From the NCBI RefSeq assembly GCF_032191835.1, contig NC_083237.1:11532001-11596000 (forward strand): DNA of 64,000 nucleotides, in the 5' to 3' direction. Shown here one piece after another: positions 44,701 through 55,190 of the stretch. Position 1 is the first letter of the stretch. Each line of letters begins with the position of its first letter. A program made the position numbers and the translations under genes. The notes beneath the pieces are model-generated. The model had not been told where the DNA came from and did not search any database. It was given only the letters and a program-made list of their open reading frames with translations. Origin of the DNA: Heteronotia binoei (taxonomy: Eukaryota).

Positions 44701-47205
44701 CCTTAAAGTATGTGAGTGGTCCGTAATCTCCCCATGGGCCTCTACAGCAGGGGTGGCCAATGGTAGTTCTCCAGATGTTTTTTGCCTACAACTCCACATC
44801 GTCTGCTTGTGTATGTGAGTTGTAAGCAAAAAAACATCTGGAGAGCTGCCATTGGCCACCCCTGCTCTACAGCAAGATGGGTATTCAAACCTGGATTTTA
44901 CAGACCGTCCAATGAAGCTCTAGCTGCGATACCACACTGGCTTTCATAGGGTGGCTGCTGTTAAACAGTAACAAACAGGCAGGTACCATTGCCAATTTCC
45001 AGGTCCAGAAGGAGGCTCCTCCAGGTTTCAGGGGTTCTGTCAGCCACCGGCCAGCTGGCCAGCAGGAATACCCCACCGCTAAAAAGCCTGATGTGACTTT
45101 GTTCATGTGGTCGCAAAGAGTCAGACTCGACTGTGCGACTGAACAACAAGAAAGCAACATTGCTGTGCAATGTCCCCAGAATGATGACATCATCCAGAAG
45201 TGACATCCTCACATAAGGGACAGTCTATGGTTTGAGGGCAAAACCTAAGGATTTTTTTTTTTTTTTAGGTTTGTAGAAAGATCCGTCTCACTCATTCACA
45301 GTTCCGGTCACCATAGTTAACTATCCTCAGATTTAGCTGACTGGGCTGTTAGCATTTAGACATCTCTCGAAGTTAGTCCTGTGCAGGCCCGTAGCTACCA
45401 GGGGCATGGGTGTCCAGGCCCCACCATTCAGACCCCTGTGGGACCTTTCAGGCCACTCCAATCAGTCCCGCATTGCCCACAAGTGGAGCGACGGAGAGCC
45501 AAGCTGCCTCCTGCTGCCACCACCACTTTCGCACTCCTGGACTGAGGAGGAAGAGCAGCAGCTTCCATCACCTTCTCCTCTCTCATTCTCACATCCCCAA
45601 ACCTGCAAACAGCAGCAGTGGGGGTAGCGAAAGCAGCGAGGGAGGTGCTCATTCTCTTTCCTTCTTCGCCCTGAGGCTTCCTACTCTCGCTCCTGAGGCA
45701 GGTGTTCTGACCCGGTACCCCTCAGCAGCTTGGTTGCCTGAGAGATGCCCCATTCTGAGCACACAGCACTGGCTGGCTGGCATGCATATGAAAGAAAGCT
45801 CCCAGCCAAAGTTCTTGCTCTGTTGGCTCTTGTTTGCACTTCTTCCCCCTTTTCTCTTTGCTCCTCCCCCTCCCGGATGAGAAAGAACTCTCAGACGCCT
45901 AAGCTCACCTGCAACCCTCTCCTCTCTCGTTCCCCCAAACCTAGAAGGAGTAGTTGCAGAGATGGGGAAAATAGTGGGAGTTGGTAAGCCTTTTCTGGGG
46001 AGGGACTCTTACAACCTTTTGCAGCTCAAGGTTTTTATTCGTCTTGCAGCCAGCTGCCCAAGTTTTTATTTTCTTTTTAAAGAACTTTTGTGATGTCATT
46101 TTGGATCCCGTATGCCCCCCATCTAAAATCTTATCCCTTGCCCCCCCCCCCCAACTAAAGTTTTCCAGCTATGGGCCTGGTTCTCTGAAAGCCCAGTTAC
46201 CAAATAACTGTAAAATTAGTTTTGCTTCAATTACATTACTACAGTGCAATTCTACACTTTCACACACTAACACATACACTGACAAGTCTCCATGTTCTAC
46301 CATGGGAAGATGTGAGATTCACTACAAGGAGGTATTTAGATTTGGATGCATTCCCAGAAGATTTAGCAACTCTTGAGAGAGGGAGATTCAAAGTCTCAGA
46401 AAATGTCTATCAAAATTCAGAGAGGGGAACCGAAGAACAGCCAAATAGCTTCAGTTCTCATTTGGATACCAGAACAATGGCCACATAGAACACACAAGGA
46501 AAATCTATATCATTGAGATGAAACTGACATAGTATGGAGTTACTCTGTTTGTTTTTGTTCAGTTGCGCAGTCGAGTCCGACTCTTTGCGACCCCATGGAC
46601 AAAGTCACGCCAAGCCCTCCTGTCTTCCACCATCCTCCGAAGTCTGCTCAAATTTGTGTTTATTATTGGGAACTTTCTGACCTGAGGGGCTCATCTTCCA
46701 GCGATACATAATTGTGTTTGTGCTCTGTGGAGGAAGTACAGTGGATATCCCATGGGTCCTTTGACAAAAGATATATTCTTAGGTATGTGAATGTGCCACT
46801 TCTCAGAGGCTGCCTCAGTTTTTACTGCTGGTCCGAAAAAGTGGAGAAGTGCATCTGGAGAATCTGAAGGATGATAATTTTATAACATTTCAAAGCTTAA
46901 TAACTTCAGAACCCAGTAACTGAAGAGTCTGCAAGCTAGCCTCTAGAACATACACATAAGGAATAAATACAAATACAGCATCAAGAACAATAAGGCAATA
47001 GGCCAGGAAAACAGGGGGGGAAATCTCACTGTCCAACAGCCCGTGAAGATTTTACATGGTAAGTGTTCTGTGAAAATCTCATATTTGGATAGTGAATTAA
47101 GGTGCATTGATTTGATACATAGCTTTAAACATCATTTATGGTATAAACATCTTTTGTTGTCAAAATGCACACACGAGCAGAAACCAGTAATGGTTGACCT
47201 GGGAA

Positions 47206-47425
47206 GAACATATGAAGAACATATGAAGCTGCCTTATACTGAATCAGACCTTTGGTCCATCAAAGTCAGTATTGTCTTCTCAGACTGGCAGCAGCTCTCC
47301 AGGGTCTCAAGCTGAGCTTTTTCACACCTATTTGCCTGGACCCTTTTTTGGAGATGGCAGAGATTGAACCTGGGACCTTCTGCTTCCCAAGCAGATGCTC
47401 TACCACTGAGCCACCGTCCCTCCCC
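47206..47425 (-). mobile_element. Squam2-like SINE private to copy 3
   Basis: Inserted into gacctgggaa|atgcagcc, which is uninterrupted at ~23555-23575 and ~30925-30940. Confidence 0.9.
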
Positions 47426-49179
47426 AAAATGCAGCCTCCTGACATTTTGTCATATAGAAAAATATCATGAGAGGCTTTAGCTGAGGGCTGGAAGGGTGGT
47501 TGGAGTGGAGACCCTTGCCCTTTCTTCTCCCCGTGTTTTTCACAGGAAATCACCGTTTCCTATCAACTTGTATCTCAAAACAGGTGTAATAAGAATCCAA
47601 TATTCCAGTTTCTGTAACTTAAAGGATCTGTATTAGACAAGATAAAGAAGCATGACTCTTTGAGATCTCACCAGATTTGGAAAACTGTTGTCAGTTAGGA
47701 GGTAAAGGTTATGTATTATTAGATTTACTTTGTCAACCTAAGAAAGGAATTAATGAGTGAGTGGCAATGATATAGACTGCGAGTCAAGTTCTGAAGTCTA
47801 GGACGTTTTACATGCCAAGGGTCAAACTTCCCATTGGGACTCTCACACAGACAGTCTGTCTCCACTTAGACAAGCAAAAATGATAATATGAAAGAGGAAT
47901 GCTGGTTCTGTACTGATGAAAACACCTTCTTCTGAAATTGGCTTTGTAGATGACTGATTTCTATCCTCACATAAGTTAATCAGAAGATTCCAACCAATAT
48001 GATTAGGGAGACAGAGCACCTTTCCTTTGAGGAAAGGCTGAAGTACCTGGGTGTTTACAGTTCAGAAACGAGACAACAAAGAGGGAACATGATAAATTAC
48101 ACGCGGAGTGGAGTGGCAAAGAGATTTTTTTCTCCCCTCCCGATGCTCCCTCTAAATTAGTTTGCTCTGGGACCATTTTTCCTGAACTAAGACAAAAATG
48201 TGTGAGCCGGAGGCTAAAAAACCCCTGTGAGCTAGGTCATATGAAGCTGCCTTATACTGAATCAGACCCTTGGTCCATCAAAGTCAGTATTGTCTTCTCA
48301 GACTGGCAGAGGCTCTCCAGGGTCTCAAGCTGAGGTTTTTCACACCTACTTGCCTGGACCCTTTTTTGGAGATGCCGGGGATTGAACCTTGGACCTTCTG
48401 CTTACCAAGCAGATGCTCTACCACTGAGCCACCGTCCCTCTAACTTGACTTAGAGGGAACTCTGCCCCCTCTTAACATATTGAAATTTAGGGTGTCTAAT
48501 GCAGATGATGAACAGTATATTCAGGATGGACAAAATGAAATACAAAAAAGGATTAAAATGTGGGATTTGATGCTGGAGAATGCAGCGATGGCCTCAGACA
48601 CAGACAGCTTTAAAAGGGGATTAGCCAGATTCATGGACTATAGGTTTATCAGTGGCTGCTAGCTGTAGAAATTAAAGGGAACCTCTGCACTCAGAGGTAG
48701 TAAACATCTAAATATGAGTTCCAGGAGGCAACATCATGGGAAGCCACAGCCTCTGTGCCCTGATGTGGGACCTCCGGAACTGGTTGGCCACTGTGCGAGA
48801 CAGGATGCTGGTCTTGATGGACCATTGGCCCGAGCCACAAGGACTCTTAATCCGATTTTGCTATAGGAAGCCAGATCAGAAACATTCCTTGTGGATAAAG
48901 ATATATTACAATATGATTAGCATTGCAGTACCCATCCCCATCCCTTGCAAATGACTGGCATTTTGAACATAGAAACTTATGCCTCCTATTGAATCTTGTG
49001 CTGTGTTGGGAGGAATCTGTGATGAGGACTGGCGTTCCATTCATGTTCCATGTCCCTGTATATATCTTAATTATGATCATGTTTATTCAATTGCAAAAGC
49101 AGACAGTGAAAATAGAACAGGTAACATTTCTTACCGCAAAAACTGATTACTCTGCATTATTTTTAGGAAGTTGTTCGAA

Positions 49180-50127
49180 ATGGCAAATGGGACCAGAGTG
49201 AAGGAATTCATACTCTTGGGCTTGACTGATGACTATAAGCTTAAAATCTTGATATTTCTCCTACTGTTCAGCACATATATGTTGACCATCATGGGAAACT
49301 TACTCATTATTGCAATCACACTGGTGGACCATCGTCTCTATACCCCAATGTATTTCTTCCTACGACATGTTGCATTTGTGGAGATTGGTTACACCACCAC
49401 CATCATTCCCAAAGCATTGGCCAACATGGCTATGGGCCAGAAAACGATCTCTGTAGCTGCTTGCTTCACCCAGTTCTACCTATACTTCAGCCTGGGAACT
49501 ACAGAGTTCTTTCTGCTGGCAGTAATGTCTGTGGACAGGTATGTGGCTGTCTGCAACCCCCTCCGCTACTCAACCATAATGAATGATCGAATCTGTTCAT
49601 TGTTAGTGCTTTGCTGTTGGATTGTAGGATTTTTGCTAATTTTCAGTCCAGCAGTTGCGTTATTCCAGATGTCATTTTGTGGCTCAAATACCATCAACCA
49701 TTTTTTCTGCGACAATGGACCTTTACTCAAGCTTGTTTGTTCAGACACAAATCTAGTGGAACTCCTGTCTTTCCTGTCGGCTATACTGTGTCTCATTGGG
49801 ACCTTGGCAGTAAATCTTGTGTCCTATGGCCATATTATTTTTAGCGTCTTGTGCATCCCGTCAACTGCAGGGAGGCAGAAGGCCTTCTCCACTTGCTCCT
49901 CGCACATCATTGTGGTCTCCATCATATACGGCAGTTGCATTTTCTTGTATGTAAAGCCAAAAGGCACAAGCAGGTTAGACTTCAGCAAGTCAGTGGCTGT
50001 CCTTAACACCATTATATCCCCTCTTCTTATCCCATTCATATATTGCCTGAGGAACAAACAAGTGAAGGATGCTTTAATAGGTACCTTTAGAAAGGGACTT
50101 GTGCTCTGGAAGAATGCAAGACGATAG
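49180..50127 (+). CDS. Olfactory receptor, intact (315 aa from MANGT), triplicate copy 3
   Basis: Same motifs; 9 aa differences from copy 1 and 13 from copy 2 by eye. Confidence 0.96.
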   Translation: MANGTRVKEFILLGLTDDYKLKILIFLLLFSTYMLTIMGNLLIIAITLVDHRLYTPMYFFLRHVAFVEIGYTTTIIPKALANMAMGQKTISVAACFTQFYLYFSLGTTEFFLLAVMSVDRYVAVCNPLRYSTIMNDRICSLLVLCCWIVGFLLIFSPAVALFQMSFCGSNTINHFFCDNGPLLKLVCSDTNLVELLSFLSAILCLIGTLAVNLVSYGHIIFSVLCIPSTAGRQKAFSTCSSHIIVVSIIYGSCIFLYVKPKGTSRLDFSKSVAVLNTIISPLLIPFIYCLRNKQVKDALIGTFRKGLVLWKNARR

Positions 50128-52331
50128 GAGACATCAACGTGAAAACTAAAGTTAATATTTCTTTATCTATGTATTTATTTGTATCAACCACCCTCCCTAA
50201 TAGAACCAAACTCATGGTAGCATACAACATGTCCATATAAAATATCAAATAAAAACTGGTGGGTGCCATAGAGCAGCCGCAGAGATTGGCCACACCCCAT
50301 TTCCTCAAATGAAACCACGAGGGGTTGAATGAGCCTATTCAGATATGGCGCGGGAGATCTAGCCAATTGGGGAGGTGACAGGCTGGCCAGGTAAAGGGGC
50401 AAACGGCATTACCGGATCAGTCTCTCCCAAAGCAAGACCATGTGAGATTAGCTAGACACCAGTTATGGGACTGAGCAGGAATTTTTGGTCTCACTCTGAT
50501 TGGCCATAGAGGGGACCTTTTTTTGCCTGCTCCACATGGTCAAAGGGGGTGAGGCATAAATAGGCCTGGTGTCACTGGTTAGGCCCTGACTGGGAAGGAG
50601 GAAAAAGGATTTGGAACTGGCAAGCACCCTGAGATATCAGCTATGGAGGGGGGGTCCTCAATTTGGCTGCCTAGAGGCTTGGCAGTCCGGGTAGCTTGTT
50701 TGGGGGCCTCTTTTGGGTTGGGGAAGCATACGACCAGCCCTAAGGGCCATGACGGGTAGGGTCCAGAAGTTTCCGGACCTGGCCCGAGTTGGGGTGGATT
50801 TGCCCTGTCAGAAAGCTTGCTTTGCAAGCTCAAGGCAACTCATGCTTTATGATGTATGTAATGGTGCAGATCAGCTGCTGTGTAAATAAAGTCCCAGTTT
50901 AACCCATAACTTGTGTGGTGTTTCATTTGAGGGGTGGGTGGGCAACAGCAGTCTAACAAAAGATGGCACAAAAAGGCTAATAGAAGCACTATCTCATTGA
51001 TGGAAAACGGCAGGGAGGTGGGAGAGCTCAGGGCTTTTTTTTTTAAGCTGGAATTTCTTTGCATATTAGGCTACCCCCTTAGATGTAGCCAATCCTCCAA
51101 GAGCTTACAGTAGGCCCTGTAAGAAGAGCCCTATAAGCTCTTGAAGGATTGACGACATCAGAGGGATGTAACCTAATATGCAAAGGAATTCCTGCCACAA
51201 AGAAAGCCCAGTGTGGCAAGCTGGGATTGTTGCTGTCCTCAACCAAACATGACATCGATATGAAAATTCAACACTACTGGGGAGTGGGGTGGGGTGGGAT
51301 GTTAACATGTGTGACTTTCCAGACTTTTTGAATCCCTTCCAATGTATTTGGTTCTCCTCAGGGACTAATTTTACCTCATTTCTTTGTTACATAACTTCTT
51401 TTAAAAGACCTGTGTGGTGGACCGTTCTTTGGAAGATGTTTAGAAGTGTTGTACCAACGATTAAATTACTGTGAAGGGTTGAGTCACAATATTCTGTTAA
51501 TTCCGTGAATTAACTCTTCACAGTCCTTTAGCTGTTGGTACAGCACTTCTAAGCCTTTTAAAAAATGCAGTCCATCACAACATACGTTAGACTACTACTA
51601 CATGTGGTTTTTTAAAAAAAAAATCCAGCCTTAAACTCATTCTGATTTGTCTCCAAATCTCTTTGAATATGAAGTGCTGATTATGAAATGCTGAGATATT
51701 TGTAAAAGATGCCCGATTATGCGATACTGAATGTGAATTATTCAGTTTCTGAATCAGCTCCTATGGATGGCTTCTGCTAATGGTGGGGCCTTCTTCCACC
51801 CGTAGAGGACATGCTTTCATAGGTGGAAGGCTTTTTACACTAGAGGAACACTTCATCCATAATGGAATGGATCTATGGCATTCAAACTTATATTTGGAGC
51901 ATTCATTATGAGTGCATTATTGGTCATTGTTATGATCTTTGTCAGCTACATTTCAACACATGAAATCTCCAGATGTGGTCAAATAATCTAAACCAGTGGT
52001 GTCAAACATGCGGCTAGGGGCCTGAATCAGGCACCCAGAGGACTCGTATCAGCTCCCCGAGCAATTGGCTGTCATCTGCTTCCTTCTCCCTCTCTCTTGC
52101 TTCCTTCTTCATCACAGCTTGCTTTGCCAAACTGACTCAATTGCACAGCAGAGCTACTGAGCCAAGCCTCTCTTCCTTCTGTTGGCTGACGATCCTTCCC
52201 CTCCTGGACCCCTGGGGAAGGAAAGAAAGAGCCATAGCTTCCTTTGGTCAGTTCCCTGGATCACATGAGAGAGACAGAACAAAAGGACCATTAAGACTGA
52301 CAAGTGCTAATGTTTTAAGCATTAATGTTTT

Positions 52332-52466
52332 AAGTCAGTGGTGGTCCTTAACAAGGTGATAACCCCTCTTTTAGTCCCATTCGTATATTGCCTGAGGAAC
52401 AAGTGAAGGATGCCTTAAGGTGTCTTTAGACAGGGACTTGCTTTCTGGAAGAATGCAAGATGATAG
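52332..52466 (+). pseudogene. OR 3' relic, duplicate of 38505-38639
   Basis: Same truncation point and same 4-bp deletion. Confidence 0.88.
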
Positions 52467-53145
52467 GAGACATCAACGTGAAAACTAAAGTTAAAATTTA
52501 TTTATTTGTTTACTTAAATTTAAAAACCACCCTCCCCAGTAGAACCAGGCTCCTGGTAGCATACAACATGATCATATAAGATATAAAATAAAACAGATTA
52601 AAAGAAGAAGAAGAAAAGATATTGGATTTATACCCCACCCTTCGCTAGAAAATGGAGTCTCAAAATGCCTTACAATCTCCTTTCCGTTCCCCTCCCCACA
52701 ACAGACATCCTGTGAGGTAGGTGGGGCTGTGAGAGCTCTCCCAGAACTGCTCTTGAGCAGAACCGCCTTGAGAGAACTTGTGGCTTACCCAAGGTCACAT
52801 CAGCAGGTGCATGTGGAGGAGTGGGGAATCAAACGCGGTTCTCCCAGATAAGTGTTTGTGCATTTAACCACTTCACCAAACTGGTAAAACAATAAAAAAA
52901 GAGGTCTAACTAACACTGACAGAAAAAGCCCAACAGCACTGCTACCTCATGGAAGGGAAATGGCAGGGAGGTGGGTGTGGCAAGATGGGGCCATCTCAGC
53001 CTCAACCAAGTCTTAACATCAACATGAAAATTCAACTCTACTGTGGGGAGATTACTGCTCCTTCCCAGCGGCAGGCTGAACAGCCATGCCTATGGAAGCC
53101 GATTTTGCCTCCTCGAGTAGGAGGAAGAGAGGGCAGGGCATTATG

Positions 53146-53737
53146 TAGGCTTCCCAACCCTCCCGCCCTGTGGGGGGTCCCCAGGATTTCCATGTTCTTC
53201 CCCCACTTCCCAAAACAACGGAAGCGGGGGGGAAACGGCGCCGGGGAGCATGGCGAGCCGCTGCATCCCGGAGCGGGCGAGGCCGCCGCGCCGCTGCCGC
53301 CCCCTCCCCGCCCTCCGCAGCTGCTCCTCTGAGATGAGCCCAGGCTGAGCCCATCTCTGAGGAGCAGCCAAGAGGCGGCAGCAGCGCAGGGGAGGGCGAG
53401 GCAGGCCAGGAGCATGGTGACCCACGAATCCGGGCCCTTCTAGGACCCGGACTCGTGGCTCGCCACCCCCCCAACCTGCCTCCACCCCCCCTCTGATTCC
53501 ACCCCAGAGGCGGAGTGGGCGAGGCCACCGTGCCGCTGCCGCCTCTTCTCCGCTCGCCATGGCTGCTCCTCCGAGATGGGCTCAGGCTGAGCCCATCTCG
53601 GAGGAGCAGCCACGGTGAGCGGAAAAGAGGCGGCAGCGGCCTCACCCGCTCTGAGACGGGGCGGCTCGCCGTTCCCCCCCTCCCTCCTAGCTCCACCCCA
53701 GTGTCTCCTGGCTCCACCCCCAAAGTCCCCAGATATT
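53146..53737. mobile_element. GC-rich non-autonomous hAT element lacking its last ~25 bp
   Basis: Intact end taggcttcccaa. The other end stops at ...caaagtccccagatatt, just short of the family TIR ttggcaacccta. Confidence 0.8.
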
Positions 53738-54275
53738 CGCAACTGTCATGAAGGACAGTGTCTGTGAGTGGCTTGTTGCCATAGTGACTAGAGGGCATCT
53801 CCACGTTCGGAGTCAGCAACCAACTGAATAAGGGTGCCAGAAGACAACACTGGGGGAAACCTCAGCCTCTAGTCCCTCTTGGTCCTCCTTGGATATGAGT
53901 TGGCGGCTATATGAGACAGGATGCTGGATTAAAATGGAACCTATGGTCTGTTCCAACAGTCTCTTCTTCTGTTCTTTGCTCTCTGTTCTTCTGTTCTCTG
54001 TTCTGTTCTTCTTCTTTTCCAACAGTCTCTTCTTCTGTTCTTCTGTTCAAGGAATTCCAGCTTTGAATAATCACTATTGCCCATGACAGAACAATATTAA
54101 TATCCAACGAAGAGTGTGTGCCACCTAAACACAATGGGACTAATTTCCTATACTGAAGTCTTAATATTCCAAATCTAATTTCTTATACTGCAATCCTAGT
54201 TACTGAAGTCTAAGTCCAGTGATTTCAATAGGCTTACTGTACAGTGACCCTGCTTGGGTTGACACTATTAGACAG

Positions 54276-55079
54276 CATAAGAACATAAGAGAAGCCATGT
54301 TGGATCAGGCCAGTGGCCCACCCAGTCCAACATTCTGTGTCACATAAGAACATAAGAGAAGCCATGTTGGATCAGGCCAGTGGCCCACCCAGTCCAACAT
54401 TCTGTGTCACATAAGAACATAAGAGAAGCCATGTTGGATCAGGCCAGTGTCCCATCCAGTCCAACACTCTGTGTCACATAAGAACATAAGAGAAGCCATG
54501 TTGGATCAGGCCAGTGGCCCACCCAGTCCAACATTCTGTGTCACATAAGAACATAAGAGAAGCCATGTTGGATCAGGCCAGTGGCCCATCCAGTCCAACA
54601 TTCTGTGTCACATAAGAACATAAGAGAAGCCATGTTGGATCAGGCCAGTGGCCCACCCAGTCCAACATTCTGTGTCACATAAGAACATAAGAGAAGCCAT
54701 GTTGGATCAGGCCAGTGTCCCATCCAGTCCAACACTCTGTGTCACATAAGAACATAAGAGAAGCCGTGTTGGATCAGGCCAATGGCCCACCCAGTCCAAC
54801 ATTCTGTGTCACATAAGAACATAAGAGAAGCCATGTTGGATCAGGCCAGTGGCCCACCCAGTCCAACATTCTGTGTCACATAAGAACATAAGAGAAGCCA
54901 TGTTGGATCAGGCCAGTGGCCCACCCAGTCCAACATTCTGTGTCACATAAGAACATAAGAGAAGCCATGTTGGATCAGGCCAGTGTCCCATCCAGTCCAA
55001 CACTCTGTGTCACATAAGAACATAAGAGAAGCCGTGTTGGATCAGGCCAATGGCCCATCCAGTCCAACACTCTGTGTCA
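54276..55079 (-). repeat. Tandem array of 12 x 67 bp made of the CR1 3' terminus
   Basis: Units start every 67 bp from 54276 to 55013 (cataagaacataagagaagcc...ctgtgtca). Confidence 0.97.
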
Positions 55080-55190
55080 CACAGTGGCAAAAAATTTTAT
55101 ATATACACACACACTGTGGCTAATAGCCACTGATGGACCTCTGCTCCATATTTTTATCTAAACCCCTCTTGAAGGTGGCTATGCTTGTGA
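54276..55190 (-). mobile_element. Young 5'-truncated CR1 insertion with multiplied 3' end
   Basis: 55080-55190 continues as CR1 3'UTR nearly identical to ~4420-4540. TSD acagca (54272-54277 and 55197-55202). The empty site is at ~42626-42632. Confidence 0.92.

Noticed and set aside
53052-53819. 255-aa GC-rich ORF (also 44389-44859 and 57359-58033)
   Set aside because: These are low-complexity readings of non-autonomous hAT elements that cross element boundaries and have no recognisable domain.
54276-55079. CRISPR-like regular array
   Set aside because: There are no unique spacers. The units are contiguous copies of a CR1 3' end in a vertebrate genome, and no cas genes are present.
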